Origin: Bdellovibrionota bacterium
Lineage (GTDB): Bacteria > Bdellovibrionota > UBA1018 > CAIPTA01 > JAALKR01
DNA length: 64,000 nt
Reading direction: 5' to 3'
NCBI GenBank assembly: GCA_965207455.1
Contig: CBDBMJ010000003.1
Span: 384,001-448,000, forward strand
The notes below the pieces were generated by a model, which was not told the DNA's origin, searched no databases, and saw nothing but the letters and a program-made list of their open reading frames with translations. Position numbers and translations under genes: made by a program. Of the stretch, positions 18,983 to 30,322 are shown piece by piece (positions within the stretch are counted from its first letter, which is position 1; every line of letters begins with the position of its first letter).

Positions 18983-20491
18983 GTGAAACTACGGGCAGAA
19001 GAAATTACAGGTATTATTCAACGTCAAATAGAGAACTTTGAAACCAAGATGGAGATCGAAGAGACGGGTACGGTGCTAACCATGAGTGATGGCGTTTCCC
19101 GTATTTACGGCTTGGACAATGTACAGATGGGTGAGCTGGTGGATTTTGGCAATAACGTAAGAGGAGTTGTTTTAAATCTAGAGGAAAGCAGCGTTGGCGT
19201 AGCCATATTGGGAGATGAAACACTGGTAAAGGAAGGCACTGTTGTAAAACGTACGGGAAAAATTTTCGAGGTTCCCGTGGGAGAGGCCCTCTTAGGACGA
19301 GTGGTGAATGCCCTAGGAAAACCCATCGACGGCGGAGAGCCAGTATCCATAAAAGATTCCCGTAGGGTGGAAATCAAAGCTCCTGGTATTGTGGCCCGAC
19401 AAGGTGTGAGCGAACCCCTACAAACAGGCATTAAAGCCATTGATTCCATGATTCCCATTGGCAGAGGACAGCGAGAATTAATTATTGGCGATCGTCAAAC
19501 AGGAAAAACAGCAGTGGCTCTGGACACGATTATTAACCAAAAGGGAAAAAATGTTCAGTGTTTCTACGTCGCCATTGGACAGAAGCAGTCCACGGTTGCA
19601 CAAATTGTTAACCGACTGAAAAGGGAAGGAGCCATGGAGTATACAACGGTTATTGCTTCAACAGCATCCACGCCCGCACCTCTCCAGTTTATCGCACCCT
19701 ATACGGGGGTTACCATGGCAGAATATTTTAGGGACAGTGGTCGTCACGCACTTATTATTTATGATGATCTTACAAAACAGGCCCAAGCCTATCGTCAATT
19801 ATCTCTTTTATTGAGACGACCACCTGGACGAGAAGCCTACCCCGGAGACGTTTTCTACCTGCACTCCCGTCTATTGGAGCGAGCAGCAAAGCTTTCCGAT
19901 AAAATGGGAGGAGGAAGCCTTACTGCTCTTCCCATCATTGAAACACAGGCAGGAGATGTTTCTGCCTATATTCCCACAAACGTTATTTCTATCACAGACG
20001 GACAAATTTATTTGGAGTCCGATCTGTTTAACTCGGGACAAAGACCGGCTGTAAACGTGGGACTGAGTGTTTCCCGTGTGGGAGGAAGTGCCCAAACAAA
20101 AGCCATGAAAAAAGTGGCAGGTAGCCTTCGTCTAGACCTTGCCCAGTATAGAGAAAAAGCAGCCTTTGCTCAGTTTGGTTCTGACTTGGATTCAGCCACG
20201 CAAAAACAATTATCCCGAGGCGCCCGTCTTATGGAATTATTAAAACAAGGGCAATTTGCACCCCAAAAAATGGAGGAGCAGGTGGTGGGAATTTATGCCG
20301 CCAACCAAGGGGCCTTAGATCAAATACCCGTGAGCAAGGTTTTAGAGTTTGAACGAGAATTACAGGCCCACCTTAAAAATAAACACCCGGACGTTTTGCC
20401 GTCCATTGCTAAGGACGGAGCCATTGGAAAGGAAACAAAAAAACAGTTAGATGGAGCCATTGCGGTCTTCGCTGCTGAATTTAATAAGTAA
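18983..20491 (+). CDS. atpA: ATP synthase F1 subunit alpha
   Basis: GDRQTGKT and [24 protein letters not shown]. Confidence 0.99.
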   Translation: MKLRAEEITGIIQRQIENFETKMEIEETGTVLTMSDGVSRIYGLDNVQMGELVDFGNNVRGVVLNLEESSVGVAILGDETLVKEGTVVKRTGKIFEVPVGEALLGRVVNALGKPIDGGEPVSIKDSRRVEIKAPGIVARQGVSEPLQTGIKAIDSMIPIGRGQRELIIGDRQTGKTAVALDTIINQKGKNVQCFYVAIGQKQSTVAQIVNRLKREGAMEYTTVIASTASTPAPLQFIAPYTGVTMAEYFRDSGRHALIIYDDLTKQAQAYRQLSLLLRRPPGREAYPGDVFYLHSRLLERAAKLSDKMGGGSLTALPIIETQAGDVSAYIPTNVISITDGQIYLESDLFNSGQRPAVNVGLSVSRVGGSAQTKAMKKVAGSLRLDLAQYREKAAFAQFGSDLDSATQKQLSRGARLMELLKQGQFAPQKMEEQVVGIYAANQGALDQIPVSKVLEFERELQAHLKNKHPDVLPSIAKDGAIGKETKKQLDGAIAVFAAEFNK

Positions 20492-20511
20492 ACCAAGAAC
20501 AAGAGAATTTT

Positions 20512-21369
20512 ATGGCATCAGGAAAAGAACTCAGACGAAGAATTACCAGTGTGAAAAGCACACAGCAAATCACGCGAGCCATGAAAATGGTGTCGGCAGC
20601 CAAGCTACGTCGAGCCCAAGATAGGGTTATACAGGCCCGACCCTATGCTAAAGAAATCAAGAAGGTGGTGGGCGCATTAGCCCAAGACACCTCCCTAACA
20701 GAGTCTAGTCCACTCCTAGCGCCAAGAAAAGTGAAAAAAGTAAACGTTGTGCTTCTTACCTCAGATAGGGGACTGTGTGGCGGCTTTAATTCTAACTTGA
20801 ATAAATTTGCAGAGAAATTATATAAAGAGGAATCAGGAAACTTTGAAAGCTTTACGTTTACCTGTCTAGGCAAAAAGGGTTCCGAGTATTTAAAGTTGCG
20901 GAACGTGCCCATAGCGAAAACCTATGTCGATTTTTATAAAGACGCTGATTTTTCTAAAACAGCTGTTTTGGGCGAGGGTCTGATGGAATCTTTTCTACAG
21001 GGTGAGTTCGATGAACTGCGCTTGGTGTATGCCGAGTTCAAAAGCGCCCTATCTCAAATTATAAAACAAGAAACTCTATTGCCAATACCCGTATCTTCCG
21101 GGGAGAGTGAGTCCCATGATTTTATTTTTGAACCCAATAGCAAAATTATTTTAAGAAAATTATTACCTCGTTATTTTAAATCTTTATTATACAGGGCTGT
21201 ACTGGAGTCCACCGCTAGTGAGCATGGTGCTCGTATGGCCGCAATGGACAGTGCCACCACCAATGCGGGTGAGGTGATTCGCAAGCTAACATTACTATAC
21301 AACAATGTTCGCCAAGCAGGCATTACAAGTGAGTTACTAGAAATTACAGCAGGTTCAGAAGCATTATAA
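20512..21369 (+). CDS. atpG: ATP synthase F1 subunit gamma
   Basis: ITRAMKMVSAAK, SDRGLCGGFN, SEHGARM and RQAGITSEL. Confidence 0.98.
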   Translation: MASGKELRRRITSVKSTQQITRAMKMVSAAKLRRAQDRVIQARPYAKEIKKVVGALAQDTSLTESSPLLAPRKVKKVNVVLLTSDRGLCGGFNSNLNKFAEKLYKEESGNFESFTFTCLGKKGSEYLKLRNVPIAKTYVDFYKDADFSKTAVLGEGLMESFLQGEFDELRLVYAEFKSALSQIIKQETLLPIPVSSGESESHDFIFEPNSKIILRKLLPRYFKSLLYRAVLESTASEHGARMAAMDSATTNAGEVIRKLTLLYNNVRQAGITSELLEITAGSEAL

Positions 21370-22821
<1,452 letters not shown>

Positions 22822-22852
22822 GAGTTTTCTATCTCTTTGTAGTTATATAATT

Positions 22853-23251
22853 ATGTCATCTATTATTTTAAATATCGTTACGCCAGAAAAAAAAATAACC
22901 TCCGATCTGCCGGTGGAGAGTGTTGTAATTCCTGGAGAGCAAGGACAAATGACCATTCTTCCCGACCACGCAGATCTTTTAACAAGCCTACGACCAGGAT
23001 CCTTTGCCTATAAAGCACAAGGCAAGTGGACATGGGCATTTTTAAACGATGGTTTTGCCCAAATCCATAAAAATACACTCACCGTTTTAGCCGAAACCAT
23101 GGAGCTAGCCAAAGAAATTGACAAGGCCCGGGCACAACGAGCCTTGAGTAATGCCAAAGAAATACTAGAAAAACCAGGTAGCGTCGAATATGAACAAGCA
23201 ACGCTTGCTCGAGAGCGAGCAGAAGCACGCATAAACGTTCTTAATCAGTAG
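22853..23251 (+). CDS. atpC: ATP synthase F1 subunit epsilon
   Basis: IVTPE, GQMTILPDHA, GFA and C-terminal helices. Confidence 0.95.
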   Translation: MSSIILNIVTPEKKITSDLPVESVVIPGEQGQMTILPDHADLLTSLRPGSFAYKAQGKWTWAFLNDGFAQIHKNTLTVLAETMELAKEIDKARAQRALSNAKEILEKPGSVEYEQATLARERAEARINVLNQ

Positions 23252-23415
23252 CATTTTTTCGTTTAGCTTATCCACTTGTATTTTTTGAATATCCATGACA
23301 AAGCTGTTTTTATCTGTTAAGAGGTAGAATTTTTTTTTGGAGTTCACTATTCATGAAGAAGTTCTTTCGATTTTTTGGATATTCGTTTACAATTACCTAA
23401 GAGGGCGATATCACC

Positions 23416-25461
23416 ATGGACGGGGAGATAAAAAGACAAAAGCACTATATTCAGCTATTTCTGTTGATCATTTTGACCAGCGTGTCCTTCGCCCTTGTTT
23501 CCAGGCACCACATAAACACAGTTTTTTTCAGCATAATTTCAGGATCGGAAAAAAAAATTACCCTATCTTTTCTAGAACCTTATCAGCAGTTTGAAAAGCT
23601 AGCATTAGAAAAAAGAATTATTAAAAAAGATGTGAGGAACATTGCCTTTGTATCAGAAGAGATGACAATAAATAGATATAAAAATCAATCAAGAACACAA
23701 AAGGTAGCCCAAAAAAGAATAGAGAGGCAAATACAAAGAAAAGTAAAAACCACTCGTATCTCTAAAAAATTAACGAAACAAGAGCGAGAAGAGTTGGACG
23801 GTTTATTGCTTGCAGATGCTAGGGAAGAAAAGAAAGAAGAAGCGGTGCTTATTGAAAAGCCCGTACGAATGGTATCTGCCGCACCAGAGAGGAATGGAGA
23901 CACAGCCGAAGAAAGGAAATTAGCATTTATCGAGGGAACACTTGGATCGGAAGCAGAAATGTTTTTAGGACATTTTGAAGTGGGTTTATACCAGTCCATT
24001 GATATATTGGGAAGACCCGTTGGTGCACCCATATCTAAGGTGATGGTAACGCCGCCAGAATTAACCTTTGCTCTTCCAGTATTGGATGGAGCCAGAGGCT
24101 ATTTATTTGCTCGTTACGAAGGAAGAAATAAAAGAAAAGAAACAACAGAATGGTCTGGGTACGCAAGAGAGCAAATTTTTTATGATGAAAACATGCCCTT
24201 TGTTGTTATACCAATAGAAAAAACTTCGCCATTTGGGATTGCCGCTACTAGAAAAGAATACAATGTTATTCGCGGCAAGGTTCGAGCAACATTTGTGGAG
24301 AACGGAGGACTTCTTCCCGTTACAGGAGCAAAAATTCGTTTGCGAGGAACAGAGGAAGAAACGTATAGCCACGGCGACGGTTCTTTTTCCTTAAATGTCC
24401 CAAAAACCAAGGGTCGTGTGCTTTTAGAAATATTAAAGCCCGGATACCTCCCTCGAATTAAGGAATTCGTTGTGGGAGGAAAGGAAGAGGCAGTTGAGTT
24501 AGTGAGCAGGAATGCTCTTGCGAGTCTAGCAGAAACATTGAGACTTAGTGTATCAGAAACAAAATCTGCACTTATCCTTGAGTCAAAAAGTGTTGACGGT
24601 CAGGGGCTCCCCGGAATCCGCTTTGATCTTAGCCTTAACGCCCAAGGGCCTTTCTATTTTTCTGCTGACGGCACGCCCGACAAGAGCTTGACTGCAACCA
24701 CATTTGATGGACGGGCCATATACTTTGATGTGGAGCCTGGTGTGGGTTTTGTGAAGAGCAGTGTTTTAGGAAAAGAAGTGGCAGCATTTGTTGTGTCCAA
24801 TATCGATGAAAATGAATTGTTGTATGAAGAAGTTTCCATTCGCAAAGGTAAGGTGAGCGGAAGACTTTTTGATCCAATTAATAAAAAAGACTCTGCACCT
24901 TCGCCTATTCCCTTGGCACAGGTGCGGATAGAAGGAAGTTCTGAGTGGACAGAATCAGATGCATTTGGTGCCTTTGAATTGCCGAACATATTTTTTGTGG
25001 AAAATAAAGAAATACTTATTGAGGTAAATGCCAAGGGTTACTATAAACATCGATATACTTTAAAAATTCCTCGAAAAAACGATAAGAACGAAAAAATACT
25101 CAATCAAAATCTTTATGCTTTCTCTCTACAGTATATAAATGATCTTGCTACAGCAGTGGGAATTAATTTAAATCCTAATAGAGGACTTCTGATGGGAAAG
25201 GTAAATAACAAGGAAAAAATTCGCATTGATGCTTTAAGTGAAAGCACAAACTATAATGAATCTAAAGACTATTATTTCAACAAGTCACAACTAATTCAAG
25301 GAGCTCATTCTTATACAGAACCGAAGCATGGGACATATGCCATATTTGATATGCCCCCAGGCAGAGTGCTCTTACAAGGAGTGAACAGTGCAGGGAAGCT
25401 CCGGTACTCGGAGATAGGCTATTTCAGCCCATCCACAGTAAATGTAATTCTAGGAAACTAA
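23416..25461 (+). CDS. Membrane-anchored hypothetical protein with repeated carboxypeptidase-regulatory-like (transthyretin-like) beta domains
   Basis: N-terminal TM segment; repeated patterns IRGKV..PVTGAKIRL..DGSFSL..GY and VSGRL..PIPLAQVRI..DAFGAFEL..KGY. Confidence 0.6.
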   Translation: MDGEIKRQKHYIQLFLLIILTSVSFALVSRHHINTVFFSIISGSEKKITLSFLEPYQQFEKLALEKRIIKKDVRNIAFVSEEMTINRYKNQSRTQKVAQKRIERQIQRKVKTTRISKKLTKQEREELDGLLLADAREEKKEEAVLIEKPVRMVSAAPERNGDTAEERKLAFIEGTLGSEAEMFLGHFEVGLYQSIDILGRPVGAPISKVMVTPPELTFALPVLDGARGYLFARYEGRNKRKETTEWSGYAREQIFYDENMPFVVIPIEKTSPFGIAATRKEYNVIRGKVRATFVENGGLLPVTGAKIRLRGTEEETYSHGDGSFSLNVPKTKGRVLLEILKPGYLPRIKEFVVGGKEEAVELVSRNALASLAETLRLSVSETKSALILESKSVDGQGLPGIRFDLSLNAQGPFYFSADGTPDKSLTATTFDGRAIYFDVEPGVGFVKSSVLGKEVAAFVVSNIDENELLYEEVSIRKGKVSGRLFDPINKKDSAPSPIPLAQVRIEGSSEWTESDAFGAFELPNIFFVENKEILIEVNAKGYYKHRYTLKIPRKNDKNEKILNQNLYAFSLQYINDLATAVGINLNPNRGLLMGKVNNKEKIRIDALSESTNYNESKDYYFNKSQLIQGAHSYTEPKHGTYAIFDMPPGRVLLQGVNSAGKLRYSEIGYFSPSTVNVILGN

Positions 25462-26684
25462 GAACAAAACCCTTCTTTTCTAAGCGTACTTTTAGCAGAG
25501 AAAAAACCAATACGAACAATTTTTTCCATAAATTTTACATTTAAACTAAAGTGTTTTCCAAAAAACATCTGGTAGTCTTTTGGCCTTGGATGTATATATA
25601 TATATTTTGTTTTTGAATGAATGGCAAGTTTTTCTTCCATTATGCCGGTGATTTTTTTTCTATGCTTGTCCTCTATATCGTTATCCTTACAATACTGATT
25701 CACGGTCTCCAGAGCCACCTTTTTTCTGTGTCTCGTTTGAATGGAGGTTTGTATTTTTCTTTCAATAGAAAGATAAATGGCTTGGATACCAATGGCAGGT
25801 ATCCCGAACTTAGTCAACGAGCCAATCTCTTCTGAATAGTGATAGGGCTGGTGAGTATAGCTGGAGATAATCAGGTCGGCGCCTGCTGTTTCTGCCACAT
25901 TCACGGATAGGGTTTCTCGGATTTCACCGTCAAAATAATAGATCACATCGTTCGATTTATTACGGATTCCATAAGGAGCAAAAATGGGAGGAAAGGCAGC
26001 GGATCCAGCAACAGCATCGGATATAGAAACACTTGTATCATAGATGCAACCAAGGTCGTCCTCTGGCGTTGGATACTTTTTTTTGCAAAAAATAATTCGT
26101 TTGGGGTGATTTAGTTGAGTGGCAACAACAAATAAATCCGCATTATAGTCTGCAAAATTATTGGATGGGAGCACCTCCTTGATATGGAGATCTATTCCTG
26201 CTGTTGTACAAAAACCAGGACTGGTGATTAATTTTCCGTTATTTAATAAATTGAGCGCATAATCGGCAATGCCGATAATTTTGTTCTTCACACCGGATCG
26301 TTCTGCTTCATGGGTCGGTTTTTTCCGGCTCAGTAAGGTGGAATAGGAAATAGGCTCAAAAGGACGATTTTCTTTTTTTCTCTGAGTATAGGCAGTAAAA
26401 ATATCATTTACACTGTAACCGGCAGCAAGATAGGCAGAAATGCAAGATCCGGAGCTGGAGCCCACATAGGTATCAATATTTAGAGGGGATTTTGGCTGAG
26501 TAGGCATGTCCATGGTTCCTCCCTGAAAGCTAAATCCGGTCTCCTGGAGAGCAAGACATACGCCCAAGTGAAAGGCAGCGGCCTTTGTGGCCCCTCCAGA
26601 GCAAACAAAAGCAATTTTTTTAAAAGAACCGTTGGTCTTTTGAGGCATACTTCCATTATGGTCTCCTAGAGAAAGGCTTGTCAA
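25458..26684 (-). CDS. Patatin-like phospholipase
   Basis: CSGGATKA oxyanion-like motif, GSSSG nucleophile, SAAFPPIF and YFDGE. Confidence 0.85.
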   Translation of the reverse strand: MTSLSLGDHNGSMPQKTNGSFKKIAFVCSGGATKAAAFHLGVCLALQETGFSFQGGTMDMPTQPKSPLNIDTYVGSSSGSCISAYLAAGYSVNDIFTAYTQRKKENRPFEPISYSTLLSRKKPTHEAERSGVKNKIIGIADYALNLLNNGKLITSPGFCTTAGIDLHIKEVLPSNNFADYNADLFVVATQLNHPKRIIFCKKKYPTPEDDLGCIYDTSVSISDAVAGSAAFPPIFAPYGIRNKSNDVIYYFDGEIRETLSVNVAETAGADLIISSYTHQPYHYSEEIGSLTKFGIPAIGIQAIYLSIERKIQTSIQTRHRKKVALETVNQYCKDNDIEDKHRKKITGIMEEKLAIHSKTKYIYIHPRPKDYQMFFGKHFSLNVKFMEKIVRIGFFSAKSTLRKEGFCS

Positions 26685-26763
26685 ACAATGAATTATAAAG
26701 AGCTTTACATTTGCCTATCCAATTTTTAAACTAAAGGTAGGTTGAATATTCAGGAGGAAGAGT

Positions 26764-27174
26764 ATGACAAAAGAAAAATGGCTACCACTTACACAGTTTG
26801 CGATAAGGGAAGGGGTTAGCGTCTCCACCCTGCGTCGCAAAATTAAATCCAATAAAGTTACGTTTCGTTTGGAAGAAGGGCGCTATCTCATTCTATCAAA
26901 CGATAATGATATGGGAAAAAAAACAGAGAGAGATATCTTTCCTGTTCAATCCCAAGACAGAACCACACCAACAGTAAAGAAAAAAACGCATAAGATTGAT
27001 TTGTTGGAAAATGAAAAAGTACAACTCACATCAGCCGAATGGGATTTAAAATGGAAAGCACTGGAGGTTCGAGTAAATGGGCTAGTGAAAAAAGTAGAAT
27101 ATTTAACAGAGCAAAACTCTGAGTTGAATATGTTGGTAAGGATATTTGAAGAGAAGTTAGATGTTTCGTTATAG
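26764..27174 (+). CDS. Small helix-turn-helix protein with C-terminal coiled coil
   Basis: WLPLTQFAIREGVSVSTLRRKIK (MerR/excisionase-like HTH), then a heptad coil LEVRVNGLVKKVEYLTEQNSEL. Confidence 0.7.
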   Translation: MTKEKWLPLTQFAIREGVSVSTLRRKIKSNKVTFRLEEGRYLILSNDNDMGKKTERDIFPVQSQDRTTPTVKKKTHKIDLLENEKVQLTSAEWDLKWKALEVRVNGLVKKVEYLTEQNSELNMLVRIFEEKLDVSL

Positions 27175-28861
27175 CGCCTTTTTGCTAATTGCTCTTTTAT
27201 TTTCTACTGTGGGGTGGACTCAGGTGGGAGATAAAAAACCCTCTCCTGTACCAACGGCTAATGGGTCTGCCCAGCTAGACAAGCGTCTGAGAATAAAAAA
27301 ATTATTTGTATTTCCAACCAAGGATACGTTAGGTGGAGTTTTAGGCAAGCGTCTTAGCAGGGTTCTTCTTACTAGTTTAGGAAAGAATGCTAGATTTACT
27401 ATTATAAGAGATAAAAATATTATTAATGCCATCGGCTTGGATGAAGGCACCTATAGGAAAATTTTAAATAGTCGTAAGGTTCGTGCACAAGTAGCAAAAA
27501 TATCGAAGGCAGATATTATTATCCGAATGGACTTAAAGCATATTGGTGATGGATTTAAAATACAGCAGGCTTGGTACACCGCAGATGGGCGACTGTTGTT
27601 TCTCGAAGAAGGTGAAGGCAAAGGAGGGAAAGAAGAAAAATACGATTCCCTAGTGACCAGCTTAACAGAAAAGATAATCCAACAAATTCCATTTCAAGGA
27701 AATATTACAGGCAGATCGGGTAATACGCTCACATTGGATTTGGATCGAACTCAGATGAGCCCTGGAGATGTCTTTGAAATAGTACGGATTGTTTCTGAAA
27801 AACGCCACCCACTACTGAAAACCTTGGTGGGTGTTGACTATGTGGTTACAGGCAAAGCCAGAATAACAGATTCCGATTCGGTTTTATCCTTTGCAGAAAT
27901 TATTACAGAAAACTCAAGCGATGGTATTTTTGTAAATAATAAAATTATTGGAACAAAAAAGATAATTGCCAAAGAGTCACCAAAAATAGAAACTATGGTG
28001 GAGGAAAGTGCAGTCAAGAAAACTATGGAAACAACAAAAGAAATGGAAGAGACACAAGAGGAGCCTTTATTAGATAAAATGTTCGTGGCAGGTGATGGAA
28101 GAAAAGAAGATGAAATGCCTAGTTCAGAGGCAACACCAATAGAGGAAGAAACAGCAGAAGAGCTAACCCTGAACCAGCCAGAGCAAAAAAGTGTTGCACG
28201 CTATATGCCCAAGAGGAACCCTAAGTATGGCCTTTTTGGATCTAAATTTTTATTTGGAAACATTTACCACGAAAGTACCGCTTCAGATGGAAGCAGCTCA
28301 TATACCTCAGGATTTGCTCAAGGGGTGGGGTTTTTCAATGAACTATGGATAACGAAATATTTAATTTTTGGCGCAGAATATGAGTTTATGTACGGCGACT
28401 TAGATGATGTGGCAGATGGACCAGAAATCCCAGATGCTTCATGGAAGGCGTTTAACGCTTTCTTGGGATATCGTCATTTTATAGGTAGTAATCATGTAAT
28501 GTTAGGATTGGGATTCCAGAACATTGATGTCACCCTTCCCTCCATTGCTATAAAAGAAAAAGGATATTCGGGGATTCTATTAAAATTTTCAGGGAACCTT
28601 CAAATAAGTGCGAAAAATGAAATAAAACTCTCCTTAAATATACAGCCTTTTTCGGCCTTCTCTTACGAGGGAGATATTTCAAAGGAGTCGGAAAATTCAA
28701 GTGTGATAGGGATTAGCTTGGATTGGCTTTTGCGTTGGAACAATAGGTTCTCTCTGCGGGTGAACGCTTATTTCAAATCCAGCGAAACTACGTTTACAGA
28801 CAGAGATACTGTTGCTGACTCTCGATTTTATATTAGCCCAGGGCTTTTATATTTGTTTTAG
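27161..28861 (+). CDS. Exported protein, probably with a C-terminal outer-membrane beta-barrel
   Basis: Signal peptide, acidic linker, amphipathic beta strands and terminal YISPGLLYLF. Confidence 0.6.
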   Translation: MFRYSAFLLIALLFSTVGWTQVGDKKPSPVPTANGSAQLDKRLRIKKLFVFPTKDTLGGVLGKRLSRVLLTSLGKNARFTIIRDKNIINAIGLDEGTYRKILNSRKVRAQVAKISKADIIIRMDLKHIGDGFKIQQAWYTADGRLLFLEEGEGKGGKEEKYDSLVTSLTEKIIQQIPFQGNITGRSGNTLTLDLDRTQMSPGDVFEIVRIVSEKRHPLLKTLVGVDYVVTGKARITDSDSVLSFAEIITENSSDGIFVNNKIIGTKKIIAKESPKIETMVEESAVKKTMETTKEMEETQEEPLLDKMFVAGDGRKEDEMPSSEATPIEEETAEELTLNQPEQKSVARYMPKRNPKYGLFGSKFLFGNIYHESTASDGSSSYTSGFAQGVGFFNELWITKYLIFGAEYEFMYGDLDDVADGPEIPDASWKAFNAFLGYRHFIGSNHVMLGLGFQNIDVTLPSIAIKEKGYSGILLKFSGNLQISAKNEIKLSLNIQPFSAFSYEGDISKESENSSVIGISLDWLLRWNNRFSLRVNAYFKSSETTFTDRDTVADSRFYISPGLLYLF

Positions 28862-28896
28862 CTTCAGCCTCAAAAAAGTATAGCAACAGGGAGAGC

Positions 28897-29975
28897 TTAT
28901 TCTCTAGTACTACAAGTTTTATTAAAGAATGTTGTTCCCGTACAGTACACAGCTAGATTTGTGTTTGTCTCAGAGAGGATTTCATCGTTGCTTGTTACAT
29001 TTGTGATATCCCAACTCGTGACATCAAGAGAAGTTAGGGAACTGGTCTCGTAAAACATATAGCTCATATCTTTGACTGCTCTGGTATCGAAGTTTGATAG
29101 GTCAAGAGAAGTCAGAGAATAAGCTCTTAGGTAAACATGTAATCCATATCTGTTACTCTACTGGTATTAAAGTTTGATAGGTCAAGAGAAGTTAGAGAAC
29201 TAGCTTCGAAAAACATGCCGTACATATTTGTCACTCTACTGGTATTAAAGTTTGATAGGTCAAGAGAGGTTAGAGAACTAGCCCAGGCAAACATGTCGTA
29301 CATATTTGTCACTCTACTGGTATTAAAGTTTGATAGGTCAAGAGAAGTTAGAGAACTAGCCAAGGCAAACATGTATTTCATATTTATTACTCTACTGGTA
29401 TTAAAGTTTGATAGGTCAAGAGAAGTTAGAGAACTAGCTTTGAAAAACATGTATGCCATATTTGTCACCCTACTGGTATTAAAGTTTGATAGGTCAAGAG
29501 AAGTTAGAGAACTAGCTTTGAAAAACATGCCTGCCATATTTGTCACCCTACTGGTATTGCCTTGTCCAATAAATTTTGTGATGTTTGAACAACCCTTAAA
29601 GGCAGATTCTAAGCTTACCCAACTCACATCACCTAGATTTTCCACCGTGTAAATTTTCTCTTTATCTCCCTCATCATTGAAATAAAAAGCCTCCATAGTT
29701 CCAGAGATGCGAATGGTATGAGTCCCCTCCTCTGCGTATTCATGAGTTTTATCAAGGTCAGCATCTGAAGTCACAGCATTGCTCGTTCCATCTCCCCAAT
29801 CAACAGTAAAATCGTAATTATAACCGTCCCTTAAAGGCAAGGTGATGGTTTCATTGGGAGTAGTTGTCCGCCATGTTGATACGAAATCAGTTGTTGGGGG
29901 TGGAGGGAGGTCGGGAGCAGCTTCTCCACAAGAGACCAAAAAAAACATAGCAAAGATAAGATACAAATTCTTCAT
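28897..29975 (-). pseudogene. DUF285/BspA-like 26-residue-repeat surface lipoprotein with PKD-like N-domain, frameshifted at about 29130
   Basis: Lipobox LVSC, FTVDWGDG, and 78-nt repeats NTSRVTNMxxMFxxASSLTSLDLSNF. After the TAA at 29127 the repeats continue in another frame to ...NKTCSTRE* at 28897. Confidence 0.85.
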
Positions 29976-30322
29976 AATTTTCCCCTTCAATTTTTACACT
30001 CAACTCACGTATATAAATTACAGCATACATCACGCTAAAAATAAAACAATAACCCCAATTAATCTAATCAATGCCTGGCGTTACCTGCTTTTGGTTTTAT
30101 ATTAGATTCCGGCAAATAAGCTGCGATTTATTAGGAGTTATTCCAAACACACAAAGCCTCTTTTAGAGATAAAGGGGATTAAGGCTGCTTTCTATTTGAG
30201 AGGGATTAGTATCTATGGCGAGGAGTGTATGGCAATGGAAGCTAGGCTGTTGTTTTTTTTATACCACTTATTTTAAAAAAACTTGCTGAAAAATACACAA
30301 ATACAGGTATATTTATAGTTTA

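Noticed and set aside
29215..29652. 145-aa repetitive plus-strand ORF
   Set aside because: Antisense of the 78-nt repeat gene.
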